Shown here: piece by piece, positions 41,101-48,022 of the stretch | Layout: each line of letters begins with the position of its first letter | How positions within the stretch are numbered: position 1 is the first letter of the stretch | Made by a program: the position numbers and the translations under genes | Notes under the pieces: generated by a model | Told to the model about the DNA's origin: nothing | What the model saw: the letters and a program-made list of their open reading frames with translations, nothing else | Databases searched by the model: none | Source of the DNA: a virus | Direction: 5' to 3' (one strand) | DNA: 64,000 bases | IMG/VR virus record: IMGVR_UViG_3300024346_003797 | Span: 1 to 64,000 of that record

Positions 41101-43896
41101 GGATCTGTTTTAACATCATCAGATGATGGTGCTACTTGGACATCACAAACTTCAACTACAACTGAGAATTTAAATGGTATCATTTGGAATAGTGATGCCG
41201 AAGAGTTTATTATAACTGGTGAAAACAACGTTGTACTACAGAGTTCAGATGGAATAACTTGGACAAGTACAAATATATTTGTTACATTACCTACAGTGTA
41301 TGATGTTCAAGGTGATGCATTTACTGCAGGTTATGGTCCAGAAGAACTTGTACCAGGTGTAGTTACTGATAATCTAACTATGGTTGTAACAACACGTCCG
41401 GGAACAAACTGGGATGTAGAAACATATCAACATGTTGGATATAACGTAGTATCTTCTGAGATAACTCCAATTGGATTAACACAAGTATTGTTTAGCTTTG
41501 ATGGATTAGTACAAACTCCTGCACAAATATCTGTATTCCAAATTGATAGTGCGACTGGTTTAGCGACAAGATTGTATGAACCTGATGCATTCACTATTGA
41601 TTGGATAACAAAAACAGTTGAATTAACTACTGCATTACCTGCAGGTGATAAGTTAATGATTGATGTTTATGAAGTGGGCAACGGCGATCAACTAGAAAAA
41701 TCTAACTCACAGACTGATCCTATTAGACTAAACTCTACTACTGGATTTAATGAGATTTATTTAAACTGCAATTATAGTGCTACAATCAGTGCTGGGTCTG
41801 GAGTAGTAAGACCAGGCACACAACCAATACATGTTATAGCAACGGAAACTGATAGTACAGATGATACTATATTATGTGAAAATGTTGTTAACTTCACATT
41901 AAACGACCAAATAATATTTGGAGGTGATGTTTTTGGTGGTATTGTAGCAGACACACATTATTATGTTAAAACTATAAGTGAAGTAACCAATAAAATTACT
42001 ATTTCAGATACAATAGTAACAGGTGTTGCAGGCCCGGCATTTGCACTAACATCTGATGTAGGTTCTATGGATGTAATAATAGAAACCGGCAGTGGTACAT
42101 ATTGGACTGATCCTATTGTATATTATAATGGTAATAAACTTGTATCAGGTAACACAGCCCGTGTAATACAAACTATTAGTAGCACCAACAGTATTGTATG
42201 TAATTCAACTGATGGTATATCAGTAAATGAGACTATCGTGTTTAGTGATACTATGTTTGGTAATGATATCACTCCTCAAACGGTATATTATATTAAATCA
42301 ATAATTGATGGTAATGAATTTACGATTTCTGAGACAAGCGTTGCAGGTGTACCTGGACCAGTACTTACACTAAGTGATGCAGTCGGTGGCGCACTAGGAG
42401 TCACCAATGATTATGCATTGGGCATAGCAGATAATGGCATTTCAGCAAAAATGATTTTTGCGGCACAATATGATGATACAGTGGATTATTTAAATTACAC
42501 AGTATTTGGAGAAACTTTCCCAAGTCAGTATGGATATACTATACCTGAAACACAATTGTTTGAAGGAGACGGGACAACTGATACATTTGTACTAGATAAT
42601 TATGTAGGCGGTGATAATCCGTTGAACGCAATAGTAGAAATTAATGGATTACGAGTGGATCAAGGTGTATCTACCTATACTATATCATTTGGGCCTGACA
42701 CAATTGTATTTGACACAGCACCAAGTAATGGTGATATTATTTCTGTAACTAGTTATAATTTAACTGATCGACAGTATTTTAATACACAATATGGCTTGAC
42801 CGGCGAAACGGTTTCTGCCATAACTTACATTAATAATGCCACTACACCAGTACAGGTCACTACTACAACTGCACATGGTTTAACTACAGGTAATATTGTA
42901 AGAATAGACGGTGTACAAGGTTCAGTACAATTAAACAACAATACATACTATGTTGATGTTATAAGCACTACTGTATTGGATTTGTATTATGATGACACCT
43001 TACTTGATCCTGTTATTTCAGTATCATCATATACAGGTGGTGGATATGTTTGGTTAGATGAAACATTTACCGTAGATAGTGATTGGGAACAAGATAATGT
43101 TGACAGATTATGGGTAACAATTAATGGTTATCGTGTACCATCAAGCTCATTATATTTGAATGCCAATAACAATCTAAGTATTTTAGCTCCAGTAGATAGT
43201 GCAGATAGCATTACTATTACTAGTATGATGCCAAGTGCAACCCCTAATCAACTGGTATATTTACAGAATGTTAATAAGACTAACACGCCGTCGGTATATA
43301 GAGCGAACACTAATACTAGAACATGGTTAGTTGCCCCATTGTATAATACTGACAATACAATCTATGTAGCAGATGTTAGTCGAATTACTGATACAATAAT
43401 ACAAGCTGTAACTGTACCGGCCGCAGTAGATGGTATTACTACTATTGGACTGACAGCAGATAAAAACATTATTTCTCAAGTTATTGTGTATAATACCACA
43501 ACTAGCACTTATGTAAGTTCTACTAATTATAGTATAGTAATTCAAAACTTAGCGCCAGTATTGCAAATAACTGCCGGAGTAACGGTGGGAGATAGCATAG
43601 TGATTACTACGATTGAGGGGAATTTAATATATCTTAATGGAGAACAGATTAGATTTACTACAGTAGACTTAAATGCTAATACATTAAGTGGGTTGCAACG
43701 AGGCACAAATGGTACAGGAATATTGACTTATATACCGGTATATAGCGAGGTATATGGAATATTATCCAATAACATGTTACCTAGTGTAAATTACAATTTG
43801 ACTTGGAATAGCAATATTTACAATGTATCTCAGGGTGATCCGTTGCAGATTAGTGAGACTAATGCCGCAATATTCTTAAATACGGACATATCTTAA
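26182..43896 (+). CDS. Giant 5904-aa baseplate/receptor-binding structural protein (gp7-like position)
   Basis: Single uninterrupted ORF after gp6. gp7-like N-terminus (LNFLPEIF), EVKPYHV wedge motif, FG-GAP-like and BNR-like propeller repeats, ~11 small beta-barrel modules. Confidence 0.8.
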   Translation: MATRIRTLNFLPEIFKTTTNSQFLNATLDQIVDQPNVKRIEGYIGSRFGYGVNAKNYYVTEPTKTRTDYQLDPGVVFLKKDTNTAQDFISYPGIIDGLELEGAVVNNNNRLFTSQFYSWDSFTDLDKIINFNQYYWIPEGPDAVTVSTETVYNATDYIVTSTSNGYLITADGASQGSINPSITLLRGGTYRFSVNQNSQFWIQGMPGVTGYDPAQPNVQTRDVLGVDNNGTEVGVVTFTVPFKNAQDEYNFPGNNRVDVVSTLAFDDVNGVLVSSLTNGIDGITSLEGLTLMFYNTGSPSVIEAGSFIVGNTYKINTIGTTDFTLIGATSNTVGVSFIATGIGTGNGSANSLTGYVSKFYDTTPFDEDGGSSYTPPGDSLNFANFEGGYYTDIASTFYTVTYEGDPSDPVIRLVEAGTIPVEERITANYGQEFIGRSFYLNTSDTIILIPYLSAILDTLYYQDGTSGNKVGQIRLIASNTTNRIDVDTDIIGKKNYTSPNGVVFTNGLKVIFSGEIYPTSYENIRYYVEGVGTAIQLVPVTDLVAPEPFTSGTYIPFDTTPYDIGNFDSNLYVPVTPDYITIARNSIDKNPWSRSNRWFHIDVITATATYNSNPGLVTLYATANNKAKRPVIEFYPNLRLFDAGVVGKAPIDFIDFRTTDALNQVAAQENYYPDVEVYTTYTGTINGVTGTSTTVTILANNVTGAFQVGQYINDSTNILPRNSQITNISGTTTLTLTVEWLGSQTIGSTSVASLIANDNQNDEYALFDGARVVFAADNNQDVKNKIYVSRFSTLTEGGTPVITLTEAEDGLVLPDEQTVAFRGFNYQGMDFYFDGIDWIEGQQKTTVNQPPLFDIFDENNISFGNSDVYVGTSFTGNKLFAYGLGIGSDDPVLGFPLQYSSIDNVGDISFDVSLNSATFNYVSGTTPITQKVNTGYVYNYTDLITSIRQLGWQTAIAPSVQYQIFEFDYFASNPTSTFTCDIAKLADSDSAWPTIQVFVNNQIQDTSNYTVTTTSSQTIVTLAVPNPLIDTVVEISVLSDQVSETAYYGIPINLNNNPLNADVTNVNVGDIRGQYQSSFYNNPNTTGEVFGPNNYRDLGNMVPYGNRIIQNSASLVLPGAFLRKQNHNLFNALLYNSREYITFKTLLVDTVNNTEYNVYTSPSTMLDDALDQITKSKSDSNSFFWSDMLPSKAAYITNTYSFANALDVSIYPLSKVYNFDTANYNGVLVYLTTSAGITSQLIRNVDYTVSSTSPSLTVTLDLAPGDQITIKEYNQTYGSYVPNTPTKLGLYPATIPAVVLDINYNQPTYFIVGHDGSYNKLYGDYIDGRLIDFRDQVLLEYETRVYNNLKLSNVIPIQAYEVMPGFFRDTDYSYDEILEIYSSSFLNWVGQNRINYKKQFYNTNNEYTYNYNVSGNKINREVIPQGYWRGIYEYFYDTSNPDTYPWEMLGFTDQPTWWQTRYGPAPYTSDNLVLWNDLAQGIDWNNGNPVVIPKAVRPQLLQVLPVDSAGNLVSPFVSIVGNYSNTSFNRDWKVGDVGPAEFSYRRSSSWPFDLMRILALTKPAEFFNLGVDVDNYKYNEEFNQYLVNNRSHLVISDVEIYGNGIAKTSYINWVVDFEKQVGIDATTNITELLDNIDVRLVYRVAGFSDKNLLKFYVEKSTANSNNSSLLIPDESYQVLLYDNQPFDRITYSGVVIQLTDQGYYKVYGNSQTNAYFNVLLPKINGRYERVSVQGLSVQLATDYYSNPTLVAYGTEFYNVQEVAQFLESYGRYLASQGVLFDQIESGLEVSWRQMVAEYLYWAQTGWESGSIVNINPAASFLSINKDSYIVQPLTLQQQNFVLNQNLYPIQSTDLSIVRDGTLFSAQPLNQGDTIAYGQFNISNFEHGIVFDNVTLFDDVIYNLTTGLRQNRINVRGTKTADWNGTVDAQGFILNQDNILDWSKEVKYTTGSIVKYKNKYWIAITIIQAKAVFDEREWKETDYNEIQKGLLPNTSTRSYESTLYYDVNRANLENDADLLSFSLIGYRPRNYLALADLTDITQINVYKNFIKNKGTMNAVSAFKGANLPQGGIDYDVYENWAIKSGEFGGVLNSNFIDFKLNETLLTGNPSIVGLTNGVSTDGVQQEVPLYSIYNYGRPINSTTVLPTLPTDTPSTLFPYAGYANFNDMRIAAYYYFNLANSTSPSGEVVPLARLYVGQYVWIADYQGTWQVMTPISLGAIIFAKNNLNGTATITFSTPHGLTKYQPFAIVNFNDSLNGYYVATTIVDPNNIIVNVTLDPAITTITGQGVGFRFQSQRVDNPSDIINLPLLNNEFVKNKVWVDTNTDGSWAVYRKSINYAYDSELVKDGSETFGSAVAYTDSLGYLVGDADAGVVYRYSFNDLFNQYLLTQTLTQTSSFGTTIAYADDIFVISQPTGASTVYIYQLVVNTTVDALQSFQTAITAPGGVTEWGRAIAISGDKNWLYISAVTSSASLVYVYQLSAVTDEYELSTTIDFGLPNTDNFGYSLATDYYGDTIIIGAPTKQYDSSTSNWGYTYVYDRTVQNDEAQYTSLPDVPQTFAMAWTPSTTTITATASDAGTDRFTCADSSSLVVGSPIVFTGTVYGGVSLNTVYYILAKPTGTTFTISTERSGTILPLSTDTGSMSVVQQNDSLLVNVNGTLITDNNYSIIGSTFNVYSSLNAGDIVTISGNNFVLAQTLTTETTPRIGVQFGTSIDTTTYATEILVGAPFEINSQNQEGAVYRYTNGGSKYGMVIGTSNCAITTSRTILINGYMVVLPAGNATTSATAINQSNITNVYATALDGKLIISLIDNALALVNDKLNITSLATATWAELGFNQYTQTQVINDPHVQGTTQFGNVVKFNEFDSFIVSAPTATRYEATTFDASDDDNYDNDTLFDNNATQWVDTYRNAGAVYMFDYLGVYNETLANCGNFVYAQSVNDINETFGSQPMYGHALEFNASQVVIGTPDFKPDTVAGQIVTYTNATGATDWSVYRSSSPVVDIDRIQNIQLYSALTNNTLDNLDYIDPLQGKILGSVRQNIDVVSNADPAGYNSPNKPLGTIVWGAAQVGQLWFNTSTTRFVNYHQNDVVYDSKWWGQVFPGSDVTVYSWITSNVPPALYTGPGTAYDIDSYAIEYMLNSTGVLTPVYFYWVRNTNIVFTKTGKTLSDSIIQMYITSPINSGISYFAPLEQGIYALYNCGENINGTDTVLHIGYSTGTNDDTSHSVYNLIRTNYADDFLPGLPEVSHTHTINHGTNNTTTGIPESLYDRMLDSLCGVDESGGVVPDPYLPKPVQSGIYARPRQSFFVNRFLALKNYLTYANEVLAQYPITETRNASFLNAKNPTIIETIVAGNCQANTIYTIVTVGDVDWTSIGASSNTVGVTFTATGPATGSSRNTGTASFLAFTEGAKYNTPDYWSYINWWATGYDNNTKSALQVPIYADLATVDASPGLIVTVTANGDGKSETYVYTNLGIWERIGLQDGTIAFDSSLWDYKTARLGFGDNFFDTTPYDLYPSQETRNITRALNEEIYTNELLIFRNKSLILLFEYIQSETIESQNYLPWLNKTSFIDVAHTIRDLRPIEVYQSDNQDFLSGYINEVKPYHVVIKEFLFKYTGTDVYAGIITDFDLPAQYNTSVEQFITPELVYANPSSANQYLPTDPIWQTAPYSEWFNNYGLSITGVNNYQITVLASYISLNAGSFAVDNAYGFPINGTILIGDELIGYSSVDRSNNTLTGLTRGVDGTPITAHIPGEIISMDLPAVLLLDGGRGYTEPPRITAYIDTTIYPEPRRPAVLQAVMSLDSILSVNVIDPGDGYAVLPQIIIDPSILIPFTANNVDTLTSTIALPAPLLQTGDLVKYTVGASTTAVGGLDTDQYYYVGVLESTPTFNIALYTTYRDAVNDSDRVILFDAGTGNNNLLSVSARASCISTSIPIRENIITLRFDRTTYNSQVTDWQGGQFYGSFYAGLFNNSERISSSSIGLQSTQPPIDTILASAQGAVFEVEGVTNDQTLVWSSRTRNVTQTVASTDIITIEPSTGGAPDEGFVGPTTGFYVDMPVKFQGAVGASNIVNGTTYYIKSIINETDFTISATVGGGLFALGNATISTAGLLMYIGEVTNTAVVTLFYPGILTATATTATTNTISVPTVGTNNLGGTSGFYPNLPVFFTGNVFGGVIENETYYVTTVINDETFTMSTKTDALTISVNSTSATGNVINCTSSVGLSINDPIIFTDISVVSGTTNIVAGTTYYVSAITSNSQFVISSVVNGGPFNPGTSTSTMTGVDQKDIVQLTTTTGSMTCNVGLPVSPGQVTGQQFTFYPTSTTTETVTGTNGNLVVRTIDNALANGDYLSVTSLSGGLTNMYINMPITVASNYGGLIGGTTYYINELGIVQNDVIATTAGNLLTCTSTAGFYDEMPIIFSGTALGGLVLDTLYYVIGSSITSTQFKISETAGGSEVDLTSDSGATMTATGQPYIKVSATKGGGVFALTNATTTVVMTQAPTAVPEFDVSWVLGGYTISINDPGEGYTLDNTITILGTDLGGTTPANDLVMTVNTIDTITANPNNEFLPLESNGSIESVIGSGTPNATVTQYYLKVISASECEVYSDPLLQIPVSGINFPYTTGDYTLLPEPFYFNQSIVKYNNNVYQCIVSNNDDEFIFGKWELLLSDSRKLNALDRIVGYYQPTVNMPGLDLTQLVDGITYPNSTYMGNAFAPNDEYTLDTILQDQQFNPTAVNTTAVVWNGTRYIAAANTPDYSDIITSDTGSTWDFNQISSQPIGLSDITYSGTKYVISSTNIATPILISDDGDTWTTTGLAANTVSVTSTSLNSVTYLNGLYMAAGDIIVSSSDAYTWTERYRFTNSVLYGIQGIDINNFTGFIAVGYGPDYSVIPTITQSVVLRSVNGTVWNNVTPSGSAETMYGVTSGNNIIVIVGDNGTIFTSVNGSNWVDTSTGSDNLRDVVYSDSLGLFVAVGQSGSVLTSSDDGATWTSQTSTTTENLNGIIWNSDAEEFIITGENNVVLQSSDGITWTSTNIFVTLPTVYDVQGDAFTAGYGPEELVPGVVTDNLTMVVTTRPGTNWDVETYQHVGYNVVSSEITPIGLTQVLFSFDGLVQTPAQISVFQIDSATGLATRLYEPDAFTIDWITKTVELTTALPAGDKLMIDVYEVGNGDQLEKSNSQTDPIRLNSTTGFNEIYLNCNYSATISAGSGVVRPGTQPIHVIATETDSTDDTILCENVVNFTLNDQIIFGGDVFGGIVADTHYYVKTISEVTNKITISDTIVTGVAGPAFALTSDVGSMDVIIETGSGTYWTDPIVYYNGNKLVSGNTARVIQTISSTNSIVCNSTDGISVNETIVFSDTMFGNDITPQTVYYIKSIIDGNEFTISETSVAGVPGPVLTLSDAVGGALGVTNDYALGIADNGISAKMIFAAQYDDTVDYLNYTVFGETFPSQYGYTIPETQLFEGDGTTDTFVLDNYVGGDNPLNAIVEINGLRVDQGVSTYTISFGPDTIVFDTAPSNGDIISVTSYNLTDRQYFNTQYGLTGETVSAITYINNATTPVQVTTTTAHGLTTGNIVRIDGVQGSVQLNNNTYYVDVISTTVLDLYYDDTLLDPVISVSSYTGGGYVWLDETFTVDSDWEQDNVDRLWVTINGYRVPSSSLYLNANNNLSILAPVDSADSITITSMMPSATPNQLVYLQNVNKTNTPSVYRANTNTRTWLVAPLYNTDNTIYVADVSRITDTIIQAVTVPAAVDGITTIGLTADKNIISQVIVYNTTTSTYVSSTNYSIVIQNLAPVLQITAGVTVGDSIVITTIEGNLIYLNGEQIRFTTVDLNANTLSGLQRGTNGTGILTYIPVYSEVYGILSNNMLPSVNYNLTWNSNIYNVSQGDPLQISETNAAIFLNTDIS

Positions 43897-43899
43897 ATG

Positions 43900-43906
43900 A
43901 TAAATA
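43900..43906 (+). promoter_or_regulatory. Late promoter motif ATAAATA (leaderless configuration)
   Basis: GATAAATA + 5 nt + ATG 43912. Confidence 0.6.
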
Positions 43907-43911
43907 AATAT

Positions 43912-44064
43912 ATGAGCAATAATATAGAAGAAAATAAGACTACACCTGTACCGGAATATGGTCCTAAACCTGACGAACATGGTGGGTTTTACTTCTCATC
44001 TCATTTAAAAATAACTGATCCAAATACTAAAGAAGTATTGGTTCAACAAAGAGGCGATAACTAA
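43912..44064 (+). CDS. Small 50-aa protein, absent from the ORF track
   Basis: MSNNIEENKTTPVPEYGPKPDEHGGFYFSSHLKITDPNTKEVLVQQRGDN. Fills the gap exactly and overlaps the next gene by TAATG. Confidence 0.75.
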   Translation: MSNNIEENKTTPVPEYGPKPDEHGGFYFSSHLKITDPNTKEVLVQQRGDN

Positions 44065-44684
44065 TGTCAGTAATAACACTATCATATAAAGTAGAAGGGT
44101 TTTTAAAGATTTATGACCCTAATAACGGAGAAGTACTAGTAGATAAGCACAACGCCATCAACTATGAAAACATGAGTGAGGCCATTGCTGACACATTAAG
44201 TAGTCGTGGTTACGGAGAAATTTATCAGATGGCATTTGGGAACGGTGGTGCAAGCGTAGATGAAACAGGTGTTATCACATATCTACCCCCAAATACAACT
44301 GGTCAAAATGCTGCCTTATATAATCAAACATATGCAAAAATTGTAGATGATACTAGCGTTTTTAACTTAGATGCTACCCGTAATAAAATGACAGTTACGC
44401 ACACAACGGGAAAAGTATATACTGATATATTAGTGCAATGTTTATTAGATTACGGTGAGCCTGCAGGTCAAAATGCGTTTGACAATAGCACACAAACGGA
44501 CTCATCATATATTTTTGATGAGCTTGGTCTATTGGCAAATTATGGTACGGATAATGACGGTAACGTGATTACCAGATTACTAACACACGTAATTTTCCAT
44601 CCAGTACAAAAGAGTTTGAATAGACAAATACAAATAGATTATACAGTCAGGATTCAAAGCTTGACAAACTTAGTGACAATTTAA
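44064..44684 (+). CDS. Putative baseplate structural protein
   Basis: Beta-rich 206 aa with FDELGL and LLTHVIFHPVQKSLNRQIQIDYTVRI, resembling baseplate/fibre-anchor N-terminal domains. Position in the tail operon. Confidence 0.55.
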   Translation: MSVITLSYKVEGFLKIYDPNNGEVLVDKHNAINYENMSEAIADTLSSRGYGEIYQMAFGNGGASVDETGVITYLPPNTTGQNAALYNQTYAKIVDDTSVFNLDATRNKMTVTHTTGKVYTDILVQCLLDYGEPAGQNAFDNSTQTDSSYIFDELGLLANYGTDNDGNVITRLLTHVIFHPVQKSLNRQIQIDYTVRIQSLTNLVTI

Positions 44685-44685
44685 G

Positions 44686-44692
44686 ATAAATA
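44686..44692 (+). promoter_or_regulatory. Late promoter motif ATAAATA
   Basis: GATAAATA immediately after the stop codon, upstream of the fibre gene. Confidence 0.6.
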
Positions 44693-44715
44693 ACAGAATA
44701 TCGGGGTAATTTAAT

Positions 44716-45894
44716 ATGGCATATACGATTGTAAAGAGTGATGGAACAGTACTAACAACCATTGCTGACGGTACTATAAACACAACTAGTACATCATTGG
44801 GTTTACCGGGCAGGAACTATGCTGGGTATGGCCAATCACTTGATACCAACTTTGTTCATGCAATGGAAAACTTTGCAGACTCTGTTCCTCCTTCTAATCC
44901 ATTGCGAGGTCAATTATGGTATAATACTAATGATAGCACCTTGTGTGTTTGTCCAGCAGATGGAACTACAACTGCTAGCTCTTGGATTACACTAGCGCAG
45001 TCAGGTGGTTCAGGTACAACAACATTTGGATCGGTAACTGTTACAGGTAATCTTCAAGCAAACAATATCACTGCAGTAAACGCATTAGTCGGGGACACAA
45101 TCACTGTTCGTCTAGCAACAGTTACTGCAAATGCGTCAATCGCAAATGCAAATGTTACAAATGGTAATATCACCACATTAACTACAGCAAATATTACTTC
45201 TGGTTCGTCAACAACTATCGGCAATATTACAGGTACTTGGACAGTAACAGGTGGTTCAGCCGGTAACAGTTTAGTAGTTGCTAATGGTAATGTTTATACA
45301 ACTGGCATTAAAACAGATAACTATTACTATGCAAATGGTACTCCATTCAACCCAACAGGAACATATGGTAATGCTAATGTAGCATTATTTTTACCAACAT
45401 ATACCGGTAACTTGCAACCATCATTGGTAACAACTTCTGCAATCGCAGGTGGTGGTACGATTTCTGGTATATGGACATTGGCTAGTGGTGCTAGATTAAA
45501 TGCAACATACGCTGACTTAGCAGAACGTTTTGAGGCAGATGCAACATATGATGCAGGTACAGTTGTTGAATTGGGCGGAGATGCAGAAATAACTGCAGTA
45601 GTAAATGAACTAAGCGAAGATGTATTTGGCGTGGTATCTAACACAGCGGCGTATTTAATGAACGCCGGAGCAGGGGATGATTTAACTCATCCACCAGTAG
45701 CTGTTGGTGGTCGTGTACAAGTTAAAGTTACAGGCAAAGTTCGTAAAGGTCAACGTTTAGTAAGTGCTGGAAATGGTATTGCACGTGCAGCCAAAATAGG
45801 TGAAGCAACATCATTCAATGTAATTGGACGTGCTCTAGCAAACAAAACTACTGATGACGTTGGCACCGTAGAAGCATTCGTTTCAATTAAATAA
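44716..45894 (+). CDS. Tail fibre/spike protein with C-terminal intramolecular-chaperone-like (peptidase G2-type) domain
   Basis: N-terminal anchor GRNYAGYG...NF...MENFA...P.NPLRGQLWY, T/N-rich beta shaft, C-terminal YADLAERFEAD..YDAGTVV.LGG...FGVVS...GRVQVKV...VIGRAL. Confidence 0.7.
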   Translation: MAYTIVKSDGTVLTTIADGTINTTSTSLGLPGRNYAGYGQSLDTNFVHAMENFADSVPPSNPLRGQLWYNTNDSTLCVCPADGTTTASSWITLAQSGGSGTTTFGSVTVTGNLQANNITAVNALVGDTITVRLATVTANASIANANVTNGNITTLTTANITSGSSTTIGNITGTWTVTGGSAGNSLVVANGNVYTTGIKTDNYYYANGTPFNPTGTYGNANVALFLPTYTGNLQPSLVTTSAIAGGGTISGIWTLASGARLNATYADLAERFEADATYDAGTVVELGGDAEITAVVNELSEDVFGVVSNTAAYLMNAGAGDDLTHPPVAVGGRVQVKVTGKVRKGQRLVSAGNGIARAAKIGEATSFNVIGRALANKTTDDVGTVEAFVSIK

Positions 45895-45903
45895 GGATAA
45901 AAC

Positions 45904-46869
45904 ATGAGTTACGCACAATATGCAACGATTGAAGCTGGTGATTTTAACACATTGGTAACTGGATTTGCCAATGGAGCAGCCAATACTAGTACTGCCGCAC
46001 TGAACACTGTCTGGTCAACCGGAACACAAAATAGAGGTTATGGTCAAACAGCAATCGTAGCAGAAACTGCAGGTAATACTATTACTGCTACTAAGTGGGC
46101 AGCATTGGTATCAAACACTGCTAATTCAGCCTCACATCAAAGTTCTAGTATTACTAGCGTTACAGCCCCTGCAGTTGGAAATACAATTACATATTTGTCT
46201 GCTATTCCTACAAACTTAACAACTATCTATAATAATAGATTGAATGCAGTATCACAAAGTGCAACCAGTTCTAATGCAGCCGTGTATGCAAGTACATGGG
46301 CTAGTGCAATTACATTTACACATACGATAACATTCGCCAATGGTGATGCCGCACGTTATTTCTTTAATTCAGGCGGACAATTAGCTATTACTGCAACACA
46401 CGCTAACTCAACTTCAGGTATTAACTTGTTAGTGAATAACTTAGCAAGTAACGTAGGAACAGTTGTATTAAGTTCACCTACTACAGGTACTGCTACAATT
46501 GCTAGCACAAGTTATAATGGTGTTACTAAAGTAGGTGGCGGAGGATCAACTCCTACTATATCTACTAATAGTGGATACTATTCTTGGACAACAAGTAATG
46601 CAAACATATTCTATCAAACTGCTAGCACAGGACCTTCTGGATACCTATCAACTAATATCAACATCTTTGTAAAAACAAATGGAACTGTTGGTAGTAACGG
46701 AGATGTAGGTAATGTTATTACAATCTATACAGTTTGGGACGAAATACCAAATGGATTAACAGTTGGAACTGGATCTACTACTACAGTAACTATTCGTCCA
46801 CCCGAAACAACTTATATTGCTAATACTTGGGGCACACCTACAGTAGGTGGCACTGTAACAGGTAGTTAA
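45904..46869 (+). CDS. Ser/Thr-rich virion structural (fibre-associated) protein
   Basis: Very T/S/A/N-rich, GYGQT and F...DAARYFFNSGG motifs, AAGGA SD, directly after the fibre gene. Confidence 0.6.
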   Translation: MSYAQYATIEAGDFNTLVTGFANGAANTSTAALNTVWSTGTQNRGYGQTAIVAETAGNTITATKWAALVSNTANSASHQSSSITSVTAPAVGNTITYLSAIPTNLTTIYNNRLNAVSQSATSSNAAVYASTWASAITFTHTITFANGDAARYFFNSGGQLAITATHANSTSGINLLVNNLASNVGTVVLSSPTTGTATIASTSYNGVTKVGGGGSTPTISTNSGYYSWTTSNANIFYQTASTGPSGYLSTNINIFVKTNGTVGSNGDVGNVITIYTVWDEIPNGLTVGTGSTTTVTIRPPETTYIANTWGTPTVGGTVTGS

Positions 46870-46894
46870 TTTTTAACAACAGCACAGTATCTAT

Positions 46895-46901
46895 CTAAAT
46901 A
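46895..46901 (+). promoter_or_regulatory. Late promoter motif CTAAATA heading the GT/radical-SAM operon
   Basis: Upstream of AGGAG and ATG 46917. Downstream genes overlap or abut until 58920. Confidence 0.6.
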
Positions 46902-46916
46902 CTCGTAGGAGTGTTT

Positions 46917-47222
46917 ATGGATACCAAAACCTTAATTACTGAGGCGAAAGCTCGCTTCAATCACAATAGCGCAAAAGCGCAACTCAAAGACAAATACGAT
47001 GGAAAACTCATTGTTGCAGAACAAGGGGGACTTTGGAAAGCAAGCCCTGAACTTATTTCTACACTAAATGCATTTGATGATAACTTCATCGTACTTATTG
47101 ATAACTTTGACAATCCTGTACAGGTTAACAGAGAACAACTATTAACTGTACTAAAAACTACTTACCAAAAAGTCATGCTTGACTGGTATAAAGAATGGAA
47201 AGAACTAGAGACTAAACGATGA
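46917..47222 (+). CDS. Hypothetical protein, possible fibre-assembly chaperone
   Basis: ATG 46917 after AGGAG. GGLWKASPELI...VLIDNFDNPVQV. Function inferred from position only. Confidence 0.45.
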   Translation: MDTKTLITEAKARFNHNSAKAQLKDKYDGKLIVAEQGGLWKASPELISTLNAFDDNFIVLIDNFDNPVQVNREQLLTVLKTTYQKVMLDWYKEWKELETKR

Positions 47223-48022
47223 ACAGAGGAGCAATACTATTTGCATTTAACTCAACAAAGTTTGACTACTATTCAATGGCAGTTGCAACAGCGAAAAGAG
47301 TTAATCATTTTTTAAATATGCCTGTTACAATCGTGACGGACACTAACTCCATATCTGATTCACCGTACAAGTTTGATAAAACAATACTAGTAGAACCCGA
47401 CAAAAGTAATACCAGAGACTGGGGGATGTGGATTAATAAGGGTCGTTATCAGGCATATAACTTATCACCATATTATGAAACTCTATTATTAGACACAGAT
47501 TATATGGTTAACTCAACTAAGACATTGGATATATTTAACTACTATGATGATTTTTGTTGTCATAATAAAACTAGTTATCTAATGCAACCAGGATTACCAC
47601 AAGAAGTACTGAGTGTTTATAGTTTCGAAACACTGTGGGCAACAGTTGTTGCTTTTAAAAAGTCAAATAGAGCTAAACAAATATTTGATTGTTTAGAAAT
47701 GGTTCAAAAGAACTTTAATCACTATGCAGATTTACACGGATTTATTGCTGAAACATATAGAAATGATTACGCACTAACACTTGCTCTTAGAATAGCTAAT
47801 GGACATTCTACACTAAAACAAGATTTTATACCATGGAACTTAGTACATTTAGGACAAAAGAATGTACATATCTATCGCAATAATGATACTGAGTTTAATA
47901 CAGAATATACTATCATGCATGATAACTGGCAACGTGGTAAACTACGTAAAGAATATACCACTATCAAGGATATGGATTTTCATGTAATGAATAAACTTAA
48001 CTTTATGGAGCTAATAGCATGA
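47219..48022 (+). CDS. GT-A-fold glycosyltransferase-like protein
   Basis: RYQAYNLSPYYETLLLDTDY (DxD), WATVVAFKK, RNDYALTLA: GT8-like pattern. Confidence 0.6.
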   Translation: MNRGAILFAFNSTKFDYYSMAVATAKRVNHFLNMPVTIVTDTNSISDSPYKFDKTILVEPDKSNTRDWGMWINKGRYQAYNLSPYYETLLLDTDYMVNSTKTLDIFNYYDDFCCHNKTSYLMQPGLPQEVLSVYSFETLWATVVAFKKSNRAKQIFDCLEMVQKNFNHYADLHGFIAETYRNDYALTLALRIANGHSTLKQDFIPWNLVHLGQKNVHIYRNNDTEFNTEYTIMHDNWQRGKLRKEYTTIKDMDFHVMNKLNFMELIA

